A stretch of 56,135 nucleotides of DNA from Tubiluchus corallicola. Lineage: Eukaryota > Animalia > Priapulida. The notes under the pieces were generated by a model that worked only from the letters and a program-made list of their open reading frames with translations, was not told the DNA's origin and searched no databases. Of this stretch, positions 45,801 through 56,135 are shown in pieces. Numbering within the stretch: the first letter of the stretch is position 1; each line of letters opens with the position of its first letter. The translations under genes were made by a program, and so were the position numbers. The stretch is taken from positions 1-56,135 of the forward strand of contig JAQGDQ010001194.1 of assembly GCA_030141605.1 (NCBI GenBank), read 5' to 3'.

Positions 45801-48800
45801 CTATGCAGTTATTTATGGTTGTTTAGTCACCCAGGTACAACAATAAATAACTGCATAGTTGTATTTGTTTGTAATGATTTTTTTTCGACAATTCACGTAA
45901 ACGCCCTGCACCTGACATAGCTTCCAGGCAGAACAAGTCTTTTACGACAATTCACGTAAACGCCCTGCACCTGACATAGCTTCATATTTTGTCAACATTA
46001 CAGCCCTCTAGCATTAAACATTCAGTCAATAGCTAACATGCTCTCAAGTTGTCATACAGTGATTCACAGAAATGGGCTGGTGAGCTGCCATCCATAAAAA
46101 CAACCACACTTAGTTTAGCAAGACAATATCATAACAAAAAGTTTACTTTTGTAAAACGCTAGCTTTATGTAAAAGTTACGTAAAAAGTGAGAAAAAATAT
46201 GTAAAGATCAAAACTCAAGAGAGCAAAAAGCACTTTACTTTTTTATTTATCTCTCTTAGAATCTTCTGACTCAATGTCACACAAGACGTCAACCACGTCT
46301 GCTAAATTTGAACTGCTTGCGCTAAAATTGCTTCAAATATTCAGAATATTACATACCAGGGATGAGAATTTCCTTGTGTCCCCAGTAGAACTTCTGCTTG
46401 TGGTCCCCACTAAACGGATACACCATGGCCGACACAGACGGTGAATCGCGACGGCAGCAGTAGTCAAAGTCGAGCATTCCTTGTACAGCGCGCGGCTGCA
46501 GACCCCAAATCAATGCCTACATAAGCAACCTACTGTTAGTTAGTGTTATGAAATATTCAGATTTATATCACCTATTTATTACAGGTTAAACAAAACAAGT
46601 CCCTATCAGCATTTAAAACAAAATTAAAATCACTAATATTAACCGGATATGAAATACCATCACATCAGTACGACAACATGCACACTAATTCAGAATTCAT
46701 ATATCCACGGCCATATTAATTAAATCACAGTTTTTCATTTTTTTGTGCATAGTTGTAAATACGTTTGATTTTATTCGTCGTTACTTTCCATTACTGCACA
46801 GTAGTTTAGATTGCACTGACGCATTTGCCTTTAGCAGTGTAAGTTTTTATTAACTAACACTGATTGATCATCTCTGTAAAGTTTTTATCAGTGATTATCA
46901 ATGTATTTTACTGGCAAATAAAGATTATTTTTTATATCTACATATATAAAGTTAAATGAACAAGGAGCATCCTATAGCATCATCTTATAAATCAAACGAA
47001 TGTTATTTATCGAGTATTTACGAAAATGCAAGAATATTGCTTGATAGCTATAGTTAAGTGTCATAAGCTCCGGTAAATACACGAATGAGTGACAACAGAT
47101 TAATTCTAGACACAAAAAAGAATAAAATTTATGTTAACACAAAGAGCAAAATAAATGTATAAATTGTGCATAATATTTACTGTGCAATCTTCAATATCGA
47201 CCCTGTTCAAGAAATAATTTAACATCTTAGCAACCTACGATTACTTTGGTTCATGATTTATAACAGGAAATGCGACATAAACACAAAATGTTTTACTAAG
47301 TATCACTGGAAGCCACTTGGTCAAACAGAAAACACAAAAAATTCTTGTTCGAGTGCAGATGGCTTGCATGGTTAAAAATGCAAACAGAAAAGCACAAAAT
47401 CCTAGTACCTGGACAATACGGCAGGAGTGTGCAAATTATCTGACTAGCCGGGCCACATTAAACTTTACGCAATTCCTGCGGGCCACATGCAGTTTGATCA
47501 AGAAGCCAAGTACAGTAGGACCTAATAACGATTTTTTGCATCCGACCTGCGTACATCATTACTACTACACACAAGAAACTATTTTAGAAGTTATTAAAAT
47601 TTATATTACAAACCATATATTTCTACTTTCAGGACAGATAGTGGTAATTTCATTACAATGCATACTAGTAATGTGTATCACACAGTCTGTGTAGTACAGT
47701 GTTATTAAGCTACAACCGTCTTGTAAGGGTTAATGGCATCCGATCTAGTTGAAAAAACTACCCACACTATCTTCGGGAACGTGGCACGGACTTCAGCTGG
47801 ATACACTCAATTAATCGCCCGAGCCGCACTTTCATTAGGTTGATAAATCTCTTCGCGGGCCGCACAAATTCTCTCGGTGGGCAATTTGCACACCCCTACA
47901 ATACGGGTCACACTAAGATTGTTTTAAAATGACAATTTACCTTTGTTTTTCTGTGAAATAGAGGTCTGTTTCCCACAGCGTTGCCCGACGCATGGATGTC
48001 GTTCTCGTGTGCATCGATAGAATTCTCCACAGCAGAAGATGAACTCGACGGTCCATTCAGCATCCGAGCTGCCAAATTTGGATCAGATCCCTAAACAGTG
48101 ACTAATTATCACTTGACTAATAAGCGACTTTGTGAAAACTTATTGTAAACATCAATTAACTTTGCCCAACGAATTATTAATCAAATGACATGAAATAAAC
48201 AAGTGTAAACTGCTATCAATTTAGTTAAAGGAAAACCGGACGATTGTGTAAACATTAGTTCAGAATAAAGAATGCTCTAAAATATTGAAAACTACAATAG
48301 CTTTTTTTTAATCAAAGCTTAGATTAAATAATAATTACTTCGGACACTCAAATTTCGTTAAGCTTTCAAAGCTACGCGAGGCTCAGTGAATCTACTAAGA
48401 TTGGCAGTGGCGCCTTTTTGTTACGTTCCCGTGGCCGACAAATAGGTAGCATAGATAATCATGAACTGCAATGTTAGTTTCTGATGTTATATGATGTAAA
48501 GCCCATTTTCGTGACATCACGAGTTTAGGCACTACTATAACACCTATGCAAATGTGATTGATGCGCACAGGAGATACCTGCCATTGCACAAACTGTGGTT
48601 AGTTTTTGACATAAGCAATAGCTGTGTTCGGTTGCAGTTAACTAACTTTCTAAGCTAATTATTCAAATATAAGGAACAATTGTAAACTTTTACAGGCAAG
48701 AAAATGTATATTTTGAACAGTAAATTAAAATGAGATTGAGTCTAAACAATCGTCTGGTCTTCCTTTAACGAAATACTGGTGTCTAGTTGTGAAGAAATAT

Positions 48801-51800
48801 AACAAAAACCTCGAGGATAAAACACTTTAAAATGCATGGCTTTAGTCAACAGTGAGATTAGTGATTAGCAAATATCAGCTATTTTTAGCATGGCTTATAC
48901 AGAAATGTTGAACTAGAACTAAAACATGCAAAATGAAATAAAACAAGAAAAGTGAGAAATGATACAACAAATCCAACCCAGGGATGAGAATGACAAATTG
49001 TAAAAAACTCTGAAACAGGCCGGGGGTTTGAGGACAGCAACAAATTGAAATTTTGTGACCATAGAGAACCTCTAAGTGGACTTAAAACATCAATTACCTT
49101 GTTTCATGCATAATTTAAAATACCCAACTATCAAGGATACATGATACCTAATTGTCTCAAAAATGCCTAAGTACTGGCCGCTCCTATGTAAAAGTATATA
49201 AAAACTGTCTGCAATTGACTCAAATAACTCCACACAATTGATTCTACATTTTTATACATAGAGATATATACGTGGTTACACTGATGTACGTGATGTAAAC
49301 AAAGTGACGGCCTGCCATCTAGCGGTCAGCTTGTGAAATAATGTACTGGGTCCGTAAAAATTTTCTCAACGAATTTACGAGATTTACAAAAATGGCACTA
49401 CTGGTCTTCCAAAAACTCGGAATTCTGCATATCCGCGGAAAATTCTCATCCCTGCCAAACTTGAATATTTTACAAAGCATGCTTTAATAATAACCAAACA
49501 GATATTACGTAACAAAAACCCAGGTTAAGGTTTCTCATTACCTTTACCAAAGCGGTAATTTATTCATAGCAAATTTTCCCAAAGAAAAGGTGAGCAAACG
49601 AAACATAAATAGATATTTTTAAGTTAAGTTATTTAAAATTTACACATGCCATGCTTTTATTACCTGTGTACTTTGTGCTTTTGTCTGCAAGTTGAAAAAA
49701 AGAAATAAATGGGTTTCAGTCATTAGAGATGTCATTAATAGAGCACATAAAAGATAATACTTATTTTACATTAATAGAAAACAACTTGAAAAATTACCAT
49801 CACCTGAAAACCCACTTTCAATATACTAGACTAAAGTGTTAGAGTGTCAAACTTTTCACTACAGCAAAGCAATATTTCACGATGTTGCTATGCACACGCG
49901 CTGTAGGTCAAAGGTTAAGTGAACCCCAGCAACGTGTCTTAAATACAACCGCAAACCGACACGTGGGTAAAGCAAAAATCGTTTGCCTAATCAGTTCAGA
50001 AACTTCAGTGACAATGCCACTTCCTTGTTGTTTTACAGGGGGTTACCCTTTTACTATCACCTGAAAACCCACTTTCATTATACTAGAGTGTTAAAGTGCA
50101 CATCGGTGAAGAGATAACTATGTAAGTAGTTATCGTGAAAAGATGACATTGTTTCGAAGACACCAATTAATATTCAATGAGCTTTTTCAAGGTTTCATTG
50201 TGCGCATAGTGTACCGTACCAATGAGTCTTAGCTACAACTGTCACATGACGTATTGGTAAAGCAAAGCCGTCTGGTACACCAATTCAGTAACATCAGTTG
50301 TTTTACGTGGACTTTATTTAATTCTGCATCAGTCTGTTTACAGAGAGATTTACTAGCAGAATCTTGCTTGGAAGCAAGAAAAATGAACTAGCAACGGTTC
50401 TAGCTAGCTGTTAAAACTGTTACTATTATGTCAGTGTGGGCTGCGAGGTGTTGTACAGCGGACACATGTGTTGTCTGGTATATTTAGTCTTTGACCTTTT
50501 CACGATCACCATCAATCACTGAAACTTTGAAAAGGCTTATCGACATCACTTGAAAAAAGTTCTTAATTGTACAATCTCAAGCATTTTCTTTTGAAAACCA
50601 AAAAATTATTAATAATACACTTTGATTAGAAATAGCTTAGCTAATAACTTGCAAAAACATGATCTTAATTTACACACATTTCTATGCAGAAATTATAATC
50701 AAAACAATAACTATTATGATGAATATGAAATGCTATACAAGTACACATTTTACATGTCTGCAACAAAGAAATGAAAAACATGTTAAATTTTATAAAATAT
50801 ATAAATTAATCGCATTTGACTGATTGAACTGGTTTGTAAAGAAGGGCTCGGGTTTTGAGCTAACAAAATGCAGGTACAATGTGCCACCAACACCAAACCC
50901 TAATAATACCTTGTCTACGTATGCACTCCTTCGCGTTATACACTGTGAATTAAAATGATGTATGATCTGTAATGGAATGAGGATGAAAATATAGACAGAG
51001 ATACGAGCCACAATAAGTGAGTGACAGGTAAATGATGTGAGATGGTTATGGCAACTATCATCTAGGGCAGGGGTGTGCAAATTATCTGACTAGCCGGGCC
51101 ACATTAAACTTTCCCGCAATTCCTGTGGGCCGCATACAGTTTGGTCAGGGAGGCAAGTACAGTAGGACCTAATAACGATTTTTTTGCATCCGATTTGCGC
51201 ACATATTACTACTGCATTACTACACTCACGAAACTATTTTAGAAGTTATTAAAATTTATATTAAAAACCATATTTTTTGGTCATGTCCGACAGTGACATT
51301 AAGTGACAACGGTCTTGTAAGGGTTAATGCCATCCGATCTAGAGGAAAAAACTACCCGCACTATCTTTGCGATATTGGCGCAGACTTCAGCTGGATTGCG
51401 TGGGCCGCACTTTCATTATGTTGACAAACCTCTTCGTGGGCCACATTAAACATTCCCGCAATTCCTGTGGGCCGTATACAGTTTGGTCAGGGAGCCAAGT
51501 ACAGTAGGACCTAATAACAATTTTTTTGCATCCGATTTGCGCACATCATTACTACTGCACTACTACACTCAAGAAACTATTTTATTTCGTCATGACCGAC
51601 AGTGACATTAAGTGACAACGGTCTTGTAAGGGTTAATGCCATCCAATCTAGAGGAAAAACTACCCGCACTATCTTTGCGATATTGGCGCAGATTTCAGCT
51701 GGATCGCACTTTGCACACCCCTGTTCTAGTGGCTCTAGCTATTTGCAAAGAAACCTATTAATATAATGAATGACTCGTACAGCAACAAGACTTTAGTCGG

Positions 51801-54800
51801 TTTTCATTATCACCGCTTTTCGAATTGTTTTTTGCTTGAACTTAAAAATGCTGTCGGCACTGTGCAATTTAATCCTAATTCTAATTTAAGATTTTAATTT
51901 ACATATTCATTTAATTTAATGTGAAATTTTTATTCGTTTATTTTTACTTATTTGAAATTATCTATTTAACGTACTAACCATGCATGGGGAGCATCATGGA
52001 AATATTGTACTATATACTATTTTGATGCACATCCACGTAAAAAAGAGATTCCGTGTTGATGTATAAGATATTAAATACAGTAGTATGTATAATTAGTTCT
52101 GTTCTCCCAAAAGCATCAACATCAAATTAGCTGCTAAGAATATGTTTTCCCTTTCATCATTATAAATTTAGACAATTTCAGAACATTGCTTAAGGTGTTC
52201 GCTTAGCCTCTCCGAATTTATTTAATCACATCAATTATTTTATCAATTTGTCAACCTAACGCAATCTATAAAAAGTTTTGTTAACTATATTTACCTTTCC
52301 GGAAGCGTCGAGCAAAAAGTTAGCTGTGGTCTCAAGCTTCTCGGGCTCCGACGGAATCTCTCGCGTGCCAAGAGCCATGCCCACGATGGCTGTCATATGA
52401 GTTTCTGGTCCGAATACATGAATTGGAACCCCCAACGTACTACCTAAAGAACAAATAGCCTATAACAATAATAATAATAACAAAACTCTTTCCTTGCAGG
52501 TGTCACATAACAGCCGAATGGTACATACTAAAATTCATACATAAAATTCATTCATAATGGTACATCAGACATTCTGATGTGGTATATAACCAGTTAAATA
52601 CTTTTAACTGCTGTTAACGATAGTGTTAATGAACATGACACTGATAAAACATGTGAGGGGCCTAGAGATGATTATACAGGTTAAAAAGTGTTGATGTATA
52701 AGATATTAAATACAGTAGTATGTATAATTAGTTTAGGTTAAAGTGTTGACGTATAAGACATTAAATACAGTACTATGTATAATTAGTTTAGGTTAAAGTG
52801 TTGACGTATAAGACATTAAATACAGTACTATGTATAATTAGTTTAGGTTAAAAGTGTTGATGTACAGTGCATTAAATACAGTACTATGTACAATTAGTAT
52901 AGTACAGAAAGCACTTATATGAAGCAGACCCCATATTTTCCTTGAACTAAATTAAAATAATATTGTTACAACGGCGAAATGCTATTTATTTTCACCACCC
53001 ACCCCCACATTGTGATGGTTCGATCCACTACAAAGCCATTGCATATCAGCGTTACATAGTAGCTGTAAGTAGCTGGTATGGAATGGCCTGGTCTGACAGA
53101 CAGGTTTTTAACATTTAAAAATGTCTTATGAGTCTTACAACTATGCACATATAATCAGATGGAATGTTTGCAGCTATAAACTTTCAATAATAACTAAAAT
53201 GCCTGTATCTTCAAACTAAAAGCAAATACTTCACTTACCTACATCTCTCATCAAGCGCAGACCCTCTTGGTAATTTGGACCGGCTCTCCGCACATAAATG
53301 GAAACATTGAACTCTCTTAGCTTTGACTGGAACTGCTGCAGAGCTCTAACTATGCCCTGCAAAAACAGAAGACTAAAATTGACAAGAATGGTCAAACGTG
53401 ATTGTTTGTAACACCCTCTTTATAGTGCAAAACAAGGGCATATCCAGGCTTTAAACTTAGGAGGGAGGGCCTCTAACTATGCCCTGCAAGAACAGAAGAC
53501 TAAAATAGACAGGAACAGTCAAACATCATTAAAACACCCTCTTTATAATGCAAAACAAGGGCATAGCCAGGTTCTAAAGTTAAGGGGAATAAGCACATAA
53601 AAAAGTCGCCATGGCACATACCAAACAATTTTCAACGCATTGATTATATGTTGTAATTTTGTGTTTGAAATCAAAACACAAGGAAGACGCAGTTTTAAAA
53701 GAAGTACATAATTGTTATTTTGCACTTAAAAGTAAAACACAATTAAAAAGTTCTACAGTAAGCTTATAAATCTCAAAACATAACAAAAACTTGTGTGTTA
53801 CTGAAATTTTAAACGTAAAACAGAAACAAAATGAACGAGCTTTAGAGCTTTTGAAAAGTCGACAATTTTGAAAAATGTGCTCAGAGGAAGAGGTTGCTCC
53901 CCTTTCATCTCCTATTAGCTACACCACTGGTGCAAAACCTCACTTAATGTCCATATAGACATGTATGTATAAATGCACCTCATTATGATGCCAAATTTGC
54001 TTTATGCCAACTTCCTCTGGAAAGGTGCGACTGAAGTATTAACCAATGTCTACCTTTTGCGGTAAAAACATCTTCAAAATTAGTAAAATTTCATGTTAGC
54101 TTTTCATATGCATAATAAGACTAATGGTATATAAACTGCTTTTATGTAACGTATAAATTACAAGTCATACAGATGCTAGCTAATACGGGAAAGAAACACT
54201 ACAAACAATATAGTAAAATAAGCTTAAAGGACAAGGGGTATCTGGAGTAGGTTTCAGAAAACCTTAAAAACTTATATTACTTTACAGCAATTTTATGCAT
54301 ATATCATAATTGTGTTGAAAGGAATTTTCGTTTGTTTTCATTTTAAATCTCCCACAACACTGTTCCGACTGCGCCATTACATGACGTCACGTAAATCAGG
54401 GGAAGAAAAGGCAATGTCAAATTATGTCCCAAAAAACTTTCAGTGCAAATCTGTATTACTTAGCATTTCGCTTACCTGCTGGAAAGACTTATGTAACTAG
54501 ACTAATAATTTAAGACAGTGGTTCCCAAACTTTCTCGGACCGTTACCCAAATCGGGAAACCCGGTCGTGTCAAAAGGTAAACACAAGTATATGCCACAAG
54601 CAAGCAAAATTATTTATGTTTGCTCGTGACATAAATAAACTTCCAGGTGTTATTGTTGTATTGTTGCCAAAACAAGAATTACAATTACTGAACCTGCTCA
54701 TTACTGAGTGAGCAGGTTCGTTCGAATAATTATTACTCGAACAAACGAAAACAAGAAGAAATGAATGACAACAACAAAATCTCAGTTAGTAGGACGGTTG

Positions 54801-55708
54801 AGCCTGTTTGTCGGACGCCAGTTTCTCAATCCTGGGTTTCGTCAGGCTCAAAGCAACGCGTGCATCGCTTTCCACGTCCAACCTATTTCTTTTCTTTGTT
54901 TTCATGTTCATTATGGACCCCATGACACAGTGTTGCCTGCCGGAGGCAGTCTCTTCAAGAAGAAAACTACGTAAAATGCATTCCGAGCGAAGTTTTAAAA
55001 ATTTTCAGAGGGGCGCCCGTTACCCCCCCAAAAACTATATTACCCCCGGGGCGTAATTTACCCCTACTTTGGGAACCACTGATTTAAGATGTACGTGTCA
55101 ATTATTAAAATGTCGCTGACTCACCCACAAAGGTGCGCCACTCAGTAACCAAAAATATATTTTTAATCTTATTGACAAGATACAGTAATTTAAAATTTTA
55201 CTTATTTAGTAACATGTAGCTATGAATGCTCTGATTACTTTTTTCAAGCTTTACTCAGTGTTATCAAAACTCATTTCAAACGACCTACTATCAAAATGCC
55301 TGCGCCTAAGGGTCATTGCAGGAGTTTAAATTTACATGTTTTATACAGCGTTACTGTATACACAAGCCCTGCATGCAAAGAGGCAGTACGTAAGTGGTAT
55401 AAAATTTCAAGACGAATATTTTAAGCTTTATGTAACTGGAGGGTTTTCTGGTGCTTCCGCATAATTTTTGCCGGAAAAATTCGGATGTTTTTTATGCTGT
55501 AGTGATTACCTTAAAAGTTGCTGCGACATTAGTGAAGTTGGCAATTCCTCCACCGATCAATAAAACTTTTCCATCCGGATGTTGTTCTTGAATCATTAGC
55601 GACAAGATCGTCTTTGCGTACTCGAACGTCTGCTGCTCACTGGGTGCGCCACTGTACTCACCGTAGTTAGCCAGTTCACTAGCGCCGCCGAGATCGCAGA
55701 TCGTGTCA
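28797..55708 (-). CDS. ACLY: ATP-citrate synthase (ATP-citrate lyase); 5' part lies beyond the window end
   Basis: Exons in transcription order: 55510-55708, 53239-53356, 52295-52443, 47941-48090, 46357-46516, 43377-43597, 42320-42411, 40925-41111, 37970-38080, 36606-36733, 36422-36515, 35676-35830, 34482-34632, 33395-33538, 31624-31737, 30672-30831, 28797-28888; all GT-AG and phase-compatible. Motifs [35 protein letters not shown] (phospho-His), [36 protein letters not shown]; stop TAG 28797-28799. Confidence 0.97.
29187..29645. mobile_element. piggyBac-like MITE
   Basis: TTAA|CCCTTTCA...TGAAAGGG|TTAA termini. Confidence 0.75.
30144..30356. mobile_element. Small foldback MITE with reiterated internal motif
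   Basis: TIR GGTTTTACACGTCAAATGTAGAC at both ends; GTCAAATGT repeated internally in both orientations. Confidence 0.75.
30943..31474 (-). mobile_element. 5S rRNA-derived SINE (SINE3 type), full length
   Basis: 5S head ~31355-31472, same body and tail as 12214-12755; short flanking repeat catacat. Confidence 0.9.
31863..32385 (+). repeat. Minisatellite (21-bp and 33-bp units)
   Basis: t(a/g)gtagaggtttatgaaactt with optional cttatgaaactt; source of the [14 protein letters not shown]. Confidence 0.97.
32770..33214. mobile_element. Tigger/pogo-type MITE, family D
   Basis: TA|CAGTGTTCCCTC...GAGGGAACACTG|TA. Confidence 0.85.
33756..34211 (+). mobile_element. Non-autonomous Helitron-like element (internally deleted)
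   Basis: A|TC start, (TA)n, family body, ends gcgtttgCTAG|T. Confidence 0.7.
34341..34448 (-). repeat. Tandem duplicate of the 3' part of ACLY exon 34482-34632, with its own splice donor
   Basis: [36 protein letters not shown]|gtaagc, 141 nt downstream of the first donor and in frame with it. Confidence 0.9.
35179..35473 (-). mobile_element. 5'-truncated copy of the 5S-derived SINE
   Basis: Body and CAA tail without the 5S head; 13-bp flanking repeat gtacagttatatt. Confidence 0.85.
35893..36412 (+). repeat. Intronic minisatellite (~72-bp unit, ~7 copies)
   Basis: ataaaagaaagctttacaattgactgtgaaacagaacatcttgtaaaaaaacttttcgactttaatccaagc; fills most of ACLY intron 35831-36421. Confidence 0.95.
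36989..37490 (+). mobile_element. TIR element family E, right end damaged
   Basis: Begins CAGGGATGAGAAT; highly similar to 48979-49454. Confidence 0.75.
38297..39070 (+). mobile_element. Non-autonomous Helitron-like element (longest copy)
   Basis: A|TC..(TA)n-ATAAGATTCGAGG...gcggggcctgtgCTAG|T. Confidence 0.72.
39424..39848 (+). repeat. Compound (GA)n/(GAGAC GA)n/(GAGAGC)n microsatellite
   Basis: Directly visible; source of the RE/SL/AL-repeat ORFs. Confidence 0.98.
40375..40834 (+). mobile_element. Non-autonomous RTE-clade retroelement (5' and 3' ends joined)
   Basis: 5' motif GGAAGGGCATCCGCCTGTAAAA; RTE ORF C-terminal remnant [11 protein letters not shown]...[20 protein letters not shown]; (GAA)n tail; 17-bp TSD actgtattcaaataatt. 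Confidence 0.85.
41164..41501 (-). mobile_element. Tigger/pogo-type MITE, family C, copy 2
   Basis: CAGTCGACTCTCGTTAAAC...GTTTAACGAGGGTTGACTG|TA; reverse complement of 15640-15968. Confidence 0.88.
41836..42300 (+). repeat. Intronic tandem repeat (~119-bp unit, 4 copies)
   Basis: gaagatccagtttagccttgaaacctgatgaagcat...ccaggcagtgacttctttgaaaaagacaaa repeated, abutting the ACLY donor at 42319. Confidence 0.95.
42693..43187 (+). mobile_element. 5S rRNA-derived SINE (SINE3 type), full length
   Basis: Head gcttacggccaaatcacgttgaaaacaccg...agttaagcaacg...tggatgggtga...tgctgtaggttt matches animal 5S rRNA with A/IE/C boxes; body; tail ggatgccaaca; TSD atataggggc. Confidence 0.92.
43662..44035 (+). 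mobile_element. Helitron-like element, 3' half
   Basis: Homologous to 38695-39070; ends gcggggcctttgCTAG|T. Confidence 0.7.
44046..44725 (-). mobile_element. LINE reverse-transcriptase ORF2 3' fragment
   Basis: KYLGCDI...[15 protein letters not shown]...WNTAYRKIF (post-RT thumb motifs); 3' end ataaactcataat. Confidence 0.8.
45016..45346 (+). repeat. Compound pentanucleotide microsatellite
   Basis: Blocks of ctaaa, ctcag, cccag/tccag, cacag, cacta, aacta. Confidence 0.97.
45773..45886. repeat. Near-perfect inverted repeat (~50-bp arms, 14-nt loop)
   Basis: gaaaaaaaatcattacaaacaaatacaactatgcagttatttatggttgt / acaacaataaataactgcatagttgtatttgtttgtaatgattttttttc; one mismatch. Confidence 0.92.
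47422..47898 (-). mobile_element. hAT-type MITE family A, copy 2
   Basis: CAGGAGTGTGCAAA...TTTGCACACCCCTA; 8-bp TSD caatacgg. Confidence 0.88.
48979..49454 (+). mobile_element. TIR element family E, complete
   Basis: CAGGGATGAGAAT...ATTCTCATCCCTG terminal inverted repeats; flanks ccaacc/ccaaac. Confidence 0.82.
49664..49684 (-). CDS. ACLY: Candidate ACLY linker microexon (21 nt, TKAQSTQ)
   Basis: atttctttttttcaacttgcag|ACA...CAG|gtaata; phase 0-0 with a strong polypyrimidine tract. Confidence 0.55.
50910..50942 (-). CDS. ACLY: Candidate ACLY linker microexon (33 nt, [11 protein letters not shown])
   Basis: cattttaattcacag|TGT...AAG|gtatta; phase 0-0, frame-preserving between exons 52295-52443 and 47941-48090. 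Confidence 0.5.
51068..51723 (-). mobile_element. hAT-type MITE family A, copy 3 with internal tandem duplication
   Basis: CAGGGGTGTGCAAA...TTTGCACACCCCTG; internal ~300-bp segment repeated; TSD imperfect (atctaggg/ttctagtg). Confidence 0.85.
52688..52900 (+). repeat. Tandem repeat (~56-bp unit, 4 copies) with a solo copy at 52053-52098
   Basis: gtgttga(t/c)gtataaga(t/c)attaaatacagta(g/c)tatgtataattagtt. Confidence 0.9.
53344..53590 (+). repeat. Diverged tandem duplication (~127 bp) spanning an ACLY splice acceptor
   Basis: ctctaactatgccctgcaa.aacagaagactaaaat...acaccctctttata.tgcaaaacaagggcata.ccagg occurs twice. Confidence 0.85.
54516..55081. mobile_element. hAT-type MITE, family F
   Basis: CAGTGGTTCCCAAA...TTTGGGAACCACTG; perfect 8-bp TSD atttaaga. 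Confidence 0.9.
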
Positions 55709-55947
55709 CTACGGGGGAAAAAAACATTTCCTTGTATAAAATTTGCCAATTGTTCATTAAAGAAAGCACATTAAACAATAGCAAATGTAACCAGAAGCCA
55801 TTGCAGTTTCTCACAACTATTCTCATATTCTTATAACAACGGCGTTTAGTCAAATTCTGGTAATCAGCCTCCAACTGGACCAGTCAGACGAAACCTCCGT
55901 ATGGCTTCTGGCGCCGATAAGAGCGCTTCATTAGTGAGCTAGTCTGC

Positions 55948-55958
55948 TTCTCTCTCTC

Positions 55959-55994
<36 letters not shown>

Positions 55995-56003
55995 CCTCTC
56001 TTT

Positions 56004-56045
<42 letters not shown>

Positions 56046-56098
56046 CCTCCGTCCATCCCTCCCTCCCTCCCTCCATCTCCCTCTCCCTCCATCCCTAC

Positions 56099-56135
<37 letters not shown>
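55948..56135 (+). repeat. (CT)n / (CCCT)n microsatellite
   Basis: Directly visible; runs to the window end. Confidence 0.97.

Noticed and set aside
46357-46372. ACLY exon end identical to the family E TIR (cagggatgagaat)
   Set aside because: Encodes the conserved EILIP peptide and has no partner TIR; treated as coincidence.
49530-49600. Third possible ACLY linker microexon (donor aag|gtaatg)
   Set aside because: No suitable upstream AG acceptor nearby.

Overview
AT-rich, intron-rich animal genomic DNA (invertebrate-like; the species cannot be determined from the sequence). Four genes can be reconstructed from GT-AG exons. (1) N-terminal exons of an SLC9C/sperm-type Na+/H+ exchanger on the minus strand; its 48-nt exon lies in a near-identical ~1.9-kb duplication. 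(2) SURF1 on the plus strand, with an intronless CDS whose ATG directly follows a splice acceptor. (3) GTDC1/QTMAN on the plus strand, 5 coding exons, with a long Ser/acidic insert. (4) The 3' ~70% of ATP-citrate lyase (ACLY) on the minus strand: 17 conserved exons, two candidate linker microexons, and an in-frame duplicated exon end with its own donor. Non-coding DNA is rich in non-autonomous elements. The most notable is a young 5S-rRNA-headed SINE (SINE3 type) with five copies carrying target-site duplications, including a 93-bp head+tail mini-copy. Also present are an RTE-derived element, Helitron-like copies, hAT/pogo/piggyBac-type MITEs, LINE 3' fragments, intronic minisatellites and microsatellites. 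All coordinates were read by hand; no database searches were run.
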